DNA of 62,994 nucleotides, the filler included, from Atractiella rhizophila (lineage: Eukaryota), in assembly GCA_021432655.1 (NCBI GenBank). It is 3 parts of 2 records of this genome, joined end to end, with 100 filler letters (N's around TTAATTAATTAA, not from the genome) between each part and the next. Parts side by side here need not be neighbours in the genome. Positions count along the whole stretch, not along the records: positions 12,083 to 38,595 come from MU271602.1; positions 38,696 to 62,994 come from MU271604.1; 1 more part is not named here. One strand, written 5' to 3'. Numbering within the stretch: position 1 is the first letter of the stretch; each line of letters opens with the position of its first letter. Positions 37,063-49,558 of this stretch are shown here, one piece after another. Below the pieces are notes generated by a model. That model made no database searches. It was not told where the DNA came from and saw only the letters and a program-made list of their open reading frames with translations. The position numbers were made by a program, and so were the translations under genes.

Positions 37063-38053
37063 CGCGGATTCGAGGTAGAGGTCGGAAAGCGCCACGAAGC
37101 TAAGTTATGCTGTGCCCAATGCAGATTTAATAAAGAACAAACTGCTAGAAACAGAAAAGGGCTTACAGCTACACATGGTGCTATTCTGCTTCATCCGAGG
37201 GGCGCTCATTTGGCTGCGAAAGTCCATCGTCGCCGTTTCAAGTAATTTCGATTAGAATTAAAACTTTGACACCAAATTCAGCGCTTTCAATGAGGCGAAA
37301 GGAGGATGGAGGGTCTGGGTCTGGCCGACCAGGCAACCGTGGAGAGGGAGGAGGAACAGTGCAGTTCCGCCCTGGGCTGCCAAAGAATTAGCAAACTGCA
37401 ATAAATGAAAGGAACGTGAAGAGAACGCGCACAAAATGGGTCTTAATAATAAAAAGTTGATGAACCATGTTGCTTCATGCTGTCCCAGACCCCAAATACG
37501 CCTCAAGCATGGCCTTCCAACCCCCGTCCAACCGTTGCAGCAATCTTGACAGATAGTTGTCCATTATTGAAATGTTTCCACATTTCCCAATGTTCTAGCA
37601 ATAGTTGGGAAATGCGGTCCCAATGCTGTCAAACCAATTGGCAACGCCTCAAAATGGAGGGGCATTCGCAACGATTGCGCAATGCGTCACCCACAGTTTC
37701 AAAATGCGATGCCAATTGCTTCCCAACCACCAGCACTTCAGGTCGAGATTTTTCAGGGTTGCAGGACCATTCTCAAGGTTGGGCTTGGAGACAATCATTG
37801 TGTGAGCGATGACTATGATTGCAGGATGATGCTGGAAAAAGGGGGTGGTCTAGCTAGGAAGTCTTTGTGCTGGAGAGATGCTTATTACTTTCTGCAACAA
37901 ATATTGAAAACATTTTCGACAACAACCTTTCTTTCACTTTCAATTCCTGTGTGTCCATATGCATGAATGACGTGGTTATCTTCGTCAGGAAACAATCAAG
38001 CACACCCACCATCCCGAACGACAACAAGACTATTCGCAGCAGTATGCTCAGTA

Positions 38054-38300
38054 TGACCACCTCCCGAGTCCACATTCTCCCAGATACGCCGCCAGCTGAA
38101 GTGATTGATCTTGACGAAGACGAGCTAGTGCTGGAGAGGTTGCAGAGGCAGCTGCATGGAATTAAAAGGAAACATCGCGAGATATCTCCTCCAACTGCTG
38201 AAGATGTAGGTCGGAAACAAAGAAGCAGAGCGACAGAAATGGGGGCTAGTTTATGGAATGGAGATGGACTGGCGACTACAAGGATGAAGGTGGAAACTGT
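38054..38300 (+). CDS. Hypothetical protein fragment
   Basis: Coding-like segment TPPAEVIDLDEDELVLERLQRQLHGIKRKHREISPP ending at a GTACGT donor, within a 202-codon ORF. Confidence 0.3.
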
Positions 38301-38595
38301 ACGTCGCTCGTTATGTTCTCTTTGGAGTCAGTTTGCACTGTGCGGAAAGGGATTCTACTCGAATGAGGAGGATGTGTTTCACGGTAGTACCTACAACAGA
38401 TGTTTGATTACCAACTTTCTTTTATTGTTTATCTTTAATGATGAGGCATTGCGCTGGCATCACCTGCATTGTTGAAAGTGTGAACACCCCTCCTTCATCG
38501 TGGTTGGGACGTTGCGACGCTAAAGCAACACAAACTAAGGAGCATCTGTTGACAAGTTGTTTATTGGGTTGCTGTTTCTGCGGTGGAAGAAGGGT

Positions 38596-38695
38596 NNNNN
38601 NNNNNNNNNNNNNNNNNNNNNNNNNNNNNNNNNNNNNNNTTAATTAATTAANNNNNNNNNNNNNNNNNNNNNNNNNNNNNNNNNNNNNNNNNNNN
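38596..38695. other. Assembly spacer (N run with TTAATTAATTAA linker)
   Basis: 100-bp N block with the linker at 38640-38651. Confidence 0.98.
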
Positions 38696-40279
38696 GACGA
38701 AGTTCTGGATGGCGAACGGCTCAAGGCTTTGCTTGCTGAAGAAGGACGAGAGATTAGCTTGTACTGGGGTTTGTCATTGCTCTTATTCCTATAGTTAGTA
38801 GGTAAACAAGTCGATGGGATGAAATAGGCACAGCAACAACTGGTCGACCGCATCTTGCTTACTTTGTCCCTCTCGCAAAGCTTGCCGACTTTCTAGCAGC
38901 TGGTGTACGAGTGAAAATCCTCCTAGCGGACGTCCATGCGTTCCTCGATAACCTCAAGGCGCCATTCGAGCTTGTTGAGCTGCGATTAGACTACTATGAA
39001 CGGATTATACGTGCTGTGCTTGCAGTTATGGGTGTACCCGTTGACAGGTTGGAGTTTGTGAAGGGGTCGAGCTACCAATACTCTGAAGCTTACTCGAGAG
39101 ATAAGTTCCGGTACGTCATCTATCTGAAGGATTAGTAGCGTGATGGAATAATGCGTGATGGTCAAAGGATGTGCGCGATCACTACTTCACACGATGCCTT
39201 GAGGGCTGGAGCAGAGGTCGTCAAGCAGGTTCAGAGCCCACTTCTCAGTGGATTATTGTACCCTCTACTACAAGCCCTAGATGAAGAGTATTTAAAAGTT
39301 GATATTCAGTTTGGTGGTGTGGATCAGGTACGTTATTGAGCAATTTATTTTGTCGCTCTCCTTTGTTGTCAGGGAAGACATGCAAAAGTGCAGGTCATAA
39401 TCACATCTGTCTGATCAAGAGAGATGCGCACTGTATGCATGATCTATCGTAGATCAGAGCACAGAGTTGGCACTTTCTCAACGCCTGCAATCGAAGGAAA
39501 CAGATCCTGCCTTTTTGCAACATGATTATTGACAATACGACACGAATTGTAATCTGATCATCTTCTTCCAGCGTAAAATCTTTACTTTCGCCATGGACGC
39601 TCTCCCCAAAATCGGTTATCAGCGCCGCATACACCTGATGAACGCAATGGTTCCTTCCATGACGGCCGGTGGCAAGATGTCATCCTCCGATCCAAATTCC
39701 AAGATCGACTTCCTAGATTCCCCAGCGGCAGTCAAGAAGAAGATCAAGAGTGCCTACGCCGCACCTGGCGAAGTGGAGGGTAACGGCGTCCTCGCTTTCT
39801 GCAAAGCAGTCATCTTCCCCATCGGCGAGCTTAAGGTACACGGAATCAAGGGCGTGATGGAGAAGAAGGGAACGTGGGAAGCTGTCGCTGACGGTGCGCC
39901 GGAAGGAACGATTTTCTCTATCCGTAGAGAGGAGAAGTACGGAGGGAACGTTCATTACTCGAAATATGAAGATCTGGAGGCCGACTATGCCTCTCAAAAA
40001 GTTTTCCCTGCCGATCTCAAGGCTGGAGTTCTAGATGTTATCCTCGCTCTTATAAAACCGATACAGGAAGCATTTGAAGCTGACGAGGCGTGGAAGAAGG
40101 TGGAGAGGGCGGCGTATGGAGGAGGAGAGGAGGAGAAGCAAGTGAAGAAGAAGGAGAAGAAGTACGCACCAAAGCCGGAGTGGGTGTTGGAGAAGGAGAA
40201 GAAGGAGAAAGAGGAGCAGTTGAAGAAGGAGACGGAACAGAAGGGGGACGGTCAGGTGCCTCAACCCCCAGAGTCTTAA
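38696..40279 (+). CDS. TYS1: Cytosolic tyrosyl-tRNA synthetase (5' end lost in the gap)
   Basis: Motifs [80 protein letters not shown]. Confidence 0.95.
39410..39525 (+). ncRNA. Possible intronic H/ACA-like structured RNA
   Basis: Two hairpin-closing stems (TCTGATC/GATCAGA and GGCA/TGCC), an ANANNA between them and ACA after the second, all inside an enlarged intron. Confidence 0.2.
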
Positions 40280-40498
40280 ACGTTTTCTTCCTATTTCGGT
40301 CGTGGAGGTGGTGTGATGGGATGGGTGAGAAGAATGAGTGTTGTACACTTTAATAAAAGTTCCATATTACAGGGAATAGAATATCCATCAACCATGTATA
40401 TGTATAACTTGAACGAATCTAGAACGAGAAACACTTCTCAAAGCAAGAACAAATCAAGAAGCAAGCCATGCTCAGCCCTTGGGCTGACAACTGTAAGC

Positions 40499-42251
40499 CT
40501 ACCGATGCTGTGTTGGATCTACCTTGACATAGTCTGCCTGTATATCACCCTCCTTCTTCACACTCTCATACACACCACCAAGTATACCCAACGCAACAGC
40601 CTTCATTGTCCTCTTCTCCTGATCTCCAGTAGCAAGAATGCGATCGCACACCTCCCTCACCACGCTCTCCACTTCAAGTTTAGCACCTTTGAAAAGCGCC
40701 TGCATCCCCTTCGTCGCCGCCTTCTCCTCCAGTTCTCTCTTCTTCTCCTCAGTCAAGTTTCCCTCCTTCTCTGCTTTCTCGAGCTCCGTGAATATGTCTT
40801 TCAGCTCGTAAGCTGATCGTAAGGTGGAGACCGTCTCGCTGAAGACGTGTGCTGTTGATTTGGCCGAATGGAACCAGCCGGCTGCGAATCCGAAGACTGG
40901 GCCGGCAGATGCGAGATAGTGCCTTCAACGATATACATCTTATCAGCACATGGTGGAGAAGGAGGGGGTGATCAGATAGTAGTGAGGAGGAAGCGTACCG
41001 CGATTTACTGCTATAAACAAAGCCGACAGTCTGCAAAAGCTCCACTCCATAACTCTCCGTCTTCAACTCCTCCGTCTCAATCGTCCAAATAGCTCTCACA
41101 CTCTTCGCCACATCCGGATCCTCAACCTCAACGTAATCGGCTTGCTCAGTATAAAGCTCCAACTTCCTCTCCAACTTCTCCGCCAGTTTATCCACTCTCT
41201 CCTTCCGAATCTTTGCGCGTTCAGCAGCGACAGCATCTTCCTTCTCCTTCTTCCGCCGCTTCTTTTCCTCAAGTTTCGCTTTCGCGACGTTGAGATCTTC
41301 GGTCGTCTTCGCATCTGAGATAGCTTTGGATACGTCAAAGTCGGGGTCCTCGTCCTCGTCTTGCATCACGGTTTTCATGTCTTGCCCAAGGGAAATCGTG
41401 CCGATTATATCTGCGAAACGCTCGCCACCGAAAAGCCTCACCAATGTCAATCAGCAACTGTAAAGCTTGAAGGAAACAGAGGGAGACACACTGCGAAAAT
41501 AGCGCTTCGGGGTCCACCATACCTTCCTCCAGCTCAGCCCCTTTCGGCCCAAACTCATTGTACTTCTTCCTTAACGTCGGATCTGAAAGCGTTTGGTATG
41601 CGATGGCAAGCTGGATAATTCGATGAGGGACTCCTGTGAGGATGAAGGGAAAGGGGATAAGAAAAACACACCGTCTTGAATTTCTCATCTGCCCCTGGGT
41701 CGCCTAGATTCTTGTCAGGGTGGAGTTTGATCGCCTGCACAGAGTGAGGATGTCACATTGAGACGGCTTGGCGATAGACGCAACCTACCAGCCGCCGATA
41801 AGCAGACTTGATCTCGTCCTGAGTAGCTTGTGGAGAGACGTTCAATATCTCGCTATGCACAGAATAGATTTAGCTTTACTCTATGCCAAAGGAGGCATCA
41901 AAGGCATACTAATATGTTGTGTCTAATGGCTTTTCCGCTACGGCCCACGCTATCATTCTCCAACCTTCAGGTTGAAGAAATAGAGAACGTACAAGTGCCA
42001 ATTCTCCCCTTCTTCTTTTCTCCGCCCAGTCCTCCATTTGAGGTCGCTGTCTTCTTCTTCTCTCCGAATGGCACACCTTCAAATATCTTTTCACACTTCA
42101 CATTCCCACACTTGATCCTATATTCTGCTCCTTCTCCCAATGTAAGGGGTTTCTGATACTCCAACTCAGTCCTACAGTGGGGACATGACACTGAAACGGG
42201 GTTGGCTAGTCGGATTCGTGACTGATATAAAGGAGAATGTTTCTTGGACAT
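40499..42251 (-). CDS. DnaJ/Hsp40 protein with DNAJ-X domain (Caj1/Djp1-like) and N-terminal Cys4 motif
   Basis: J-domain EIKSAYRRLAIKLHPDKN and AYQTLSDPTLRKKYNEFG, then FGGERFADIIG, LKTESYGVELLQTVG and KLEVESVVREVCDRIL. Confidence 0.9.
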
Positions 42252-42443
42252 TTCCTCTTGCTCAAAGCTGGATGAACTTGGAAAAGAGGACACTGGGAAT
42301 CGTGAGAATGGTCGATTGTGGCTGTGGTGGGGAAGCGAGCGAGAAAGGGTGCGATGGAGTGGTCGTATTCGTGGGCGGATCATCGTGGTAGAAGTTCACC
42401 TGAAAAACGACCACGACACCAACTCTACACCTTCCTAATCAGC

Positions 42444-43307
42444 ATGTTGGGCACAATACTCCTAGCTACCTCAGCTTTCCTCGCTCAGAACGCGATAGTG
42501 GACGCTTCTGCCCTTACGACGACCATTCCGGCCCACGAAAGAACTTGCTTTTATGCCTGGGTTGACAAGCCAGGGGAGAAGGTGGGATTCCCTCCTCGCT
42601 GTTTATGTCGTTTCAATGCTCATGCAACGCAATCTGTAGGTCGGCTTCTACTTCGCTGTCCAGTCTGGCGGCTCCTTCGACATCGACTACGTCGTCACCG
42701 ATCCAAACGACACCATCGTGCTGGAAGGCATAAAGGAGAGGCAGGGAGACTATATCTTCACTGGGCATTCGGTTGGGGAGTATTCCTTCTGCTTTTCAAA
42801 CGACATGTCTTCCTTCTCCGAGAAACTCGTCGACTTCGACATCATGGTCGAATCCGAACCACGGCCTGAGGCACCAGCCAAACCGTCCAGTTTAATCGAT
42901 CACACCAGCAGTCTGGAAGAGAGTATTTATAAATTGAGCGGTAGTCTCAGTAGTATCCAGAGGACGCAAAAGTATTTCAGGTCCGTCTTGCCTCTTTCTT
43001 TCACATTGGGTTGGATGAGAAGTTGACGGTCCTTTGCGTTGTGTTTCCCTTGTCATGCCTACTGCGTATTAATTAGGACTCGAGAAAACCGAAACGTATC
43101 CACAGTGTCAAGCACGCGCAATCGAATATTCTGGTTCTCCGTCTCAGAAATCGCAATGATGGTCGCCATGTCCTCCTTCCAAGTCTGGGTCGTAAGGAAG
43201 TTCTTTAATGCCGTGCGTCTTTCCCTCCCTTCCCTCCCTTCATCCATGTACGAGCAGCATGTTCATATGTATGTGGTCGATAGCCGTCAAAACGGCCAAG
43301 GGTTTGA
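42444..43307 (+). CDS. p24/emp24/gp25L family GOLD-domain cargo receptor (Erp3-like)
   Basis: Signal peptide, ERTCFY, VGFYFAVQSGGSFDIDY, GEYSFCFSNDMS, RENRNVSTVSST..RIFWFS, QVWVVRKFF. Confidence 0.92.
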
Positions 43308-43649
43308 TGTGCCTATTCGTTTCGAGATTGTGCATGGATACGGACTGGTTCCTAATGCATTTATGTTCTTCCATTTCATTACGTCGCTTCCTTGAACATT
43401 AAAGTCGCGCAACATTTGAAAGCAGTTAGGTCATTAAAGGCCAGGGTTACTTTGCAGTCTACAGGGAATGCTTGATTATTCGAGATGGGAAACATGAAGC
43501 GGAGCTAGGAAATTGGCTGCGAAACAATATTGAAGATTGGAAATGAGATGCTAACGGCTGCAAATGAAGATGCTATCTAATCAATGAGACCATGGTTTTG
43601 AAGATATGGGAAAGGAGACAAGACTCAGACACAAATACAACATTCTATC

Positions 43650-44842
43650 TATCAGAGTCGTTTAGTTGGTCATTAGAATTTGGTATTTTGAGTTGCCGTC
43701 AATCGCATGCTATCCTATCGAAAGTCTACATTCTCTTGGGAGCATGCCAAGTCTTTGCAGACAGTGAAAAGGGACTGCGAGACTTGAACGTGGATTTAGA
43801 GTTGGGGTTGGGAGTCAAAGTACTGAGAGATGGAGTTTTGGATTGTAGTTGAGACTGAGGCTGGAGTGTGGCGGTGTGGAGTGCATTGGATGAAAGAGGG
43901 TTGAGTGCATTACTTAACAGGACGGGTCGTGTCTAGCAAACGCGAAGAATGAGCCAAAGCACCATAGACTTTGTCAAACTTACATGGACGGATGACCGTC
44001 TTTCTCTGGCTGGAATTGTTCGAACTTTTGTGGGTTGAGATTCAAAGGCGTCTTGTTCATGTTGTGCCTGCTCAGCTACTGGATCACCTGGATTGTCTCG
44101 TGGCAATGGGGAAACTCGCCTTCATCGACGCATTCCGTTCTCTTGCTGTTGCTGTCTTCAATAGTTCGATTTTTCTTTTCCTATCTGCTGCATCTTTCGC
44201 GATCTTGAGCAGATATGAGCAAGATAAGCTATTGAGAGGCGTAGAAATGTAGCGAACCTGTTGTTCCAGTAGCCTTATATGTTCTTTTCTCTTCGCAATT
44301 TCTATTTCCAGCCTTTCTGTCACATTCTCTTCCTCCTTAGTCACTGTCTCTTCCTCTTCTTCCATTTCCAAACTCTCTGTCACATTCCCTTCCTCCTTGG
44401 TCACTGTCTCTTCCTCTTCTTCCATTTCCAAACTCTCTGTCGCATTCTCTTCCTCATTGATCACTGTCTCGTCCTGTTCTTCCATCCCTTGTGTCCGTCT
44501 CTCCTCCTCGATCTCCTTTCTCAATTGATCCAATATCTCCTCCTGCTCTCGGTGTTGCTCCATCAATTGCAAGAGAATGCTTTCATCCAGTGCCTGTGCT
44601 TGTGCAGCTGTGGAATACCTCCTCTTCAAAATAGATTGTGGCGGCGCCAGATCGCGATGTTGTGGGCTTGAATTGGCCGATGGCAGCGGCGAAAGAGAGT
44701 GAACAACCCGACTTGAAGCAGAGGAAGCAGACGGAGCAGAGGTTGAAATCGCTGGTGAGGAGGGGAAGTTTCGAGGAATTTTGATGTGGAGTGAAAAAGC
44801 ACTTTTTGGTTGACGATGGCGTTGCTGATTGTGCAGTGACAT
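43650..44842 (-). CDS. Hypothetical coiled-coil/acidic-repeat protein (3' end approximate)
   Basis: A 252-codon ORF from ATG 44842 with a Glu-rich coiled coil. Further exon-like segments lie downstream. Confidence 0.55.
44301..44485. repeat. Coding minisatellite, ~3 x 60 bp (ETVTKEEENVTESLEMEEEE)
   Basis: tcactgtctc recurs at 44341, 44401 and 44461. Confidence 0.9.
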
Positions 44843-45500
44843 TTTTGTGCGTTGAAGGAGACGGTGCAGGACAATCCAGTAGTGATTTTCTCTTGAAGCG
44901 ATGGTGGATGGCTAAAGAGGAGCAAGCTTGTTATTTACCCTTGTCGCTCGCATCAAGCCTTCGCGACCGTATGTACCTTGTTGCTGCATTATCAAAGGGA
45001 CAAGCCTTGTCGCTTGCAATTTTAAGATACTGTATCGGTTGTAGGCTCAATCCATAATAGGGGACGCTGCCTTAAGATTTGTGAATGTTGTGGGTACGTT
45101 GACCTCAAAGAAACCCGGCACCTTGAACGTTGAACGTTGAATATGAGCATTTTAGATCTTCTGTTGGTGTAACCAATGTTTTGACATTGAAGTTTATTGA
45201 AGGCAGCTCAGACATGTTCATTGCTACGTGTGCGTGTGATTCGTTGTGTTCATGCTACAAACTAGAGTCACAACTTAAAATCATGGGGTCATGATTAAAA
45301 GGAAAATATGAAAATGAAAGGATGTCGTAAACCAAGAGATCACATCGATGGCATGATACTGTACAATTTGATGGACGATTGAGATTTTGAATCGCAAAGA
45401 CCAAATACAGGAAAGACGAAGCTGAAAGTATTTACTTGAAACTATTGATCAGCGCGTGGTCACACCGAAAGGTCGTAGAAACATGGGTTCGCGTTGGTCG

Positions 45501-46820
45501 TTACCACCGCCTTCCGGGTTTGACTCTCCTTTTCCAAGGGCCTAAAGCGTCCCAGCCAGTTTCCATTCTGGAACCATCTGGCATAGGAGTAATTTCGTGA
45601 AAAGTCAGAGGATCGTCAGGTCCATTCGGGAACCTTCAGTAAAGGGAGCTACAACAATCAGTCGACATCCCTCTTTTGAAAAATCACACGGAAACATACC
45701 TCAATTCTCTCCCTCCAGATAAGTACATCGTTGAATCAAGTCCATATCCTGATATGGAGGGATTATAATGGCTGTAGGGATTTCGCGCTCGATCGAGAAG
45801 CATTGGGTTGTAACGATGTCGAGACCCAAGCAGGCTGTCGTCGTGGTACCGGCTAGATGCGTAGAGGGGATGAAGAACTCCATGTTGGAGGGAAGCTCTA
45901 CGAGCACGATCCAAAGTGTCACCCAAAAGCTCATCCTCCAAATCGTATCTTCGACGCTGTGAATCCATATACGGATCGATTCTCGAGAGATAAGGGTCTC
46001 GTAAACCGAGGTAAGGGTCTCGTCTCAGACCCTAGATGTTTATATTTAATTCTGGTTCTCAAGCTGAAAAATGACTTACAAGTGGTGGGTGAAGCAGCGT
46101 ATCATAGCCAATGGCTCGCGCTTTCATGTTCTATTTCCTATCAGCAAACGGACTTGCAGAATAGTTCCTGAAGTGCTCACCCTGGCAAGAGTTAAACTCT
46201 CCAGAGTATCTGCCAGTCTGTTCATTTCATGTCGATCTGCCCTCTGAGACACCGTCAGATTTTTACTCCACAAAGAAGGAGGATGCTACGCGCACCCGTT
46301 CTCGTCGTCTCTCATAGTACTCTTCGTCCTAATCACAGAAGAGAATTAGAACGTAGATAGCGAGTGAATAGAACAGATTACGTACTCGTTCCATCTCTCT
46401 TCTGTGTCTTTCGCTCAGGTGCCTCTCATGTTGCCTCTCTTCGTGTCGCTCCAGTTGATTAGACAACCTGTGCAAACCATGTTCGAGACGATCCACCTTG
46501 TGATTGAGGTACGGATCGGTACTTCCACCATCGTGAAATGCTGAGCCCCAGGTGCCATATTGAGGAAGGGATTGGGGGAAACCGACTTGTCCACCCAAGC
46601 CAGTGGCAAAGTTCCTTCTACCAGGTAAAGTGTTGAAATTATCGCGGTACGGAGCCAGCTGTCGAGTTGAGTTCAAAGAGTTCAACCCGAGTTGTTGGTT
46701 TCGGAATGGGACCATTGAATTTTCATGGCCTTGGTTGTATCCAAATGCATCATCCTCAAACTCGTCATTATCCAAGTCCCGATCCCGAAAACGAGACTGA
46801 AAACGATTTGCGAAAGCCAT
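45501..46820 (-). CDS. Hypothetical hydrophilic protein (multi-exon)
   Basis: MAFANRFQSRFRDRDLDNDEF... exons with GT-AG boundaries, ending ...METGWDALGPWKRRVKPGRRW*. Confidence 0.65.
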
Positions 46821-47791
46821 GGTTCCCACAGGATCTCAGGATTTGGACAAAAACGGCGTGCTTTCCTCAAGCATTCTCCACTTTCCTCTTACATATTTAT
46901 GGCGAGAAGGCTTTGGACCTACTGTAGCTCCCAGATAACAGAGCTTAGAGTTCGAGGGAACGGAAGCGACAAGGTGTTTGGGCACTTGCACACTTTGAAT
47001 GCGAACCCGATTCAACCATCACCGCCGTCATCGTCATTGCCAATTCAATCCTATTCAGTCCGGCTATCGCCCGGCCTGGGCAGATCGAAGAGAAGCGTCA
47101 TGCTTCACCGTACGCGGTATCATCTCAGTTACACTTGGAACTTGTTCGCCTCGTCTCTCCCCGCCATCGACACATCTGCGGACAAAGTTGACTCTTGTGT
47201 CTGAACCCTGCTCTAATGATCATTATCAGCGGTAAGTTCAACGATAATTCGTCCTTAGGCTGTGAATTGGAACCAATCGATAATCATTTGTCGACCTCGT
47301 GCCTTCATAACTTGCACATTCTCTGTCATTGCGTAGCGAACCTCTTTATTGCAAGACAACATTCTGTCATCATTCGTATCACCCTTTTGTGTATCATTGA
47401 GCTATCTCTCATTAAGCAGAGCGCCGATCAGAGTAAGTGCATGCCGAAAAGCAAGGAGCGCAGTGGCCGAGCTGAGGCATTTCTACGATGAGTGCCTACA
47501 ACACCTTGCGAGGATCGGAATGAGGTAGATCTTTTAAGGAATGTGGACCCTCAATCTGAAATGGAAGGGCACATCAAGCTGCTTCACTAGAATACAATGA
47601 ATGTGGGTGAGATATTTTCGCCCTTTTGCCCTTTTTGACGCGCTGGCCAGCTGTCGAGCTTTTGAATCGAGAGGATGCTGCCCAGATCCTTATCGGAAAA
47701 TTGGCGAACTTGGAAAGGTGCAGTAGGAAGGAGATGTACGACAAACTTGGAATGGATCCCGACGATTGATCGTGGTTCATTTCTGCTAATA

Positions 47792-48798
47792 TCATGACGA
47801 TGGATTACGATCACAACGCGTCAATTTCCATCCATGCACTACTTCTCGGATCTCCTTCTCCTTCCTCCATTTTTCATCATCCTCCGGGAATGCGACTCCC
47901 CTCTTCTCTTCAATCACTCGTGTTACGTTCCATCCCGCTTCTTCGGCTAGTTTAAGGAAATTTAAATCTTGCTGCACAAGATGCGGCCGATGATGGGAGA
48001 AGAAACAGAGAACTCCGCTTTCTGAATGGGACAGGGAATCTAGCGACGCAAGAAGTGCTTGGTGCTGTACACTTTGTTATTCATCCGTCCAGGACGTGAG
48101 AGCGGAAAGACCTGCCTGGCTGTGATTAAAAACCAAGTCCGACAATAACAAGAGATCGAACGAAGTAGCGGGAAAGTCCCGGGGTGGCCGTCCCCAAACA
48201 AACCCCTGCTCATTCCAGTTATCAAGACCGTCGTTTCTAGAGCGGTCTCTGTACCTTAGCTACTATTCTTCGTTTCTCTTCAGCAGAAAGATTTCCTTCA
48301 ATGTTCTCTTCTAAATTCTTGATCAGAGGAGCATCTGGATAATCCGTCACTATGACCTAGTTAAACAGTCCGTATCATGATTAATACCTGCAAAAAGAAC
48401 ACGAACCAACCCTGCCCCTTCTTTACAGGCTATCAGGCTAGGCAAACCACCTCCGGCTCCAAATTCAATGACCTTTTTGTTCCTCACAAGCTCGGGATTG
48501 GCTTCGAGATATCGAGCGAGCGAAATCGATGCAGGATAGAGAACATGACCTATTACGGAATAAGTTGATTTCATCTCTCTGCCTCAAGGGACTCGCCCCA
48601 AAGCGGATGGGCGGATGGAAGAGATATTGTCAACTCTTGGCCATTGGAGCACTGATAGCGCACAGGAGTCGGTCGCGGAGCCTGTAGAACTGCATTAGAG
48701 GTTCCCTGGATTCGTAAGAGCTCAGGTAGATACAGTACCTCTGGTTCAGGGGAAGGAGATCCTCCAAAAATGTTGTGCACTTCGATTTCGTCTTCCAT
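47792..48798 (-). CDS. EFM7: EFM7/NNT1-type SAM-dependent protein methyltransferase (Methyltransf_16), copy 1
   Basis: Motifs HPLWG|HVLYPAS, VIEFGAGGGLPSL, VTDYPD, FDLLLLSDLVFNHSQH, FFSHHRPHL, VVHGWKL. Confidence 0.85.
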
Positions 48799-49108
48799 TT
48801 GTGTTTCCGTGTTTCCGTCTTGTCCAACAAACTTTACAAAGAAGGTTTCTATGTGTGGCGAGAAGAGAAGATAAGCAATCGACGAAGGCATGACGTCCAC
48901 ATCCATTTTGCCATTCAGCCATTCAGCTCTTTTGATGAGACTCGACGTGGTCAGCGATGTAGTGCTTCCAGAAAATTGTCGCACGAGCATCGCACCAAAT
49001 CTCACTCCCCAACTTCCAGTCGTACCTTGTATTACCTCTGTTACCTCTCGAGAGGTTGAATACAGCAAGTCTACTCCCTTTGTCGCGTGATTCTGAACAA
49101 AATGTGAA

Positions 49109-49558
49109 GAACAGATTACGTACTCGTTCCATCTCTCTTCTGTGTCTTTCGCTCAGGTGCCTCTCATGTTGCCTCTCTTCGTGTCGCTCCAGTTGATTAG
49201 ACAACCTGTGCAAACCATGTTCGAGACGATCCACCTTGTGATTGAGGTACGGATCGGTACTTCCACCATCGTGAAATGCTGAGCCCCAGGTGCCATATTG
49301 AGGAAGCGATTGGGGGAAACCGACTTGTCCACCCAAGCCAGTGGCAAAGTTCCTTCTACCAGGTAAAGTGTTGAAATTATCGCGGTACGGAGCCAGCTGT
49401 CGAGTTGAGTTCAAAGAGTTCAACCCGAGTTGTTGGTTTCGGAATGGGACCATTGAATTTTCATGGCCTTGGTTGTATCCAAATGCATCATCCTCAAACT
49501 CGTCATTATCCAAGTCCCGATCCCGAAAACGAGACTGAAAACGATTTGCGAAAGCCAT
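49109..49558 (-). pseudogene. Truncated duplicate of exon 1 of the 45501-46820 gene
   Basis: Same MAFANRF...REMER exon, cut at the duplication junction inside the following intron. Confidence 0.7.

Larger units (their letters stand above)
32348..37858. mobile_element. Putative non-autonomous TIR-bounded element carrying host-gene fragments
   Basis: 40-bp imperfect inverted repeats at 32348-32387 and 37819-37858 (33/40 identical by eye). The interior is pseudogene pieces and a dispersed repeat. No transposase or clear TSD seen. Confidence 0.5.
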
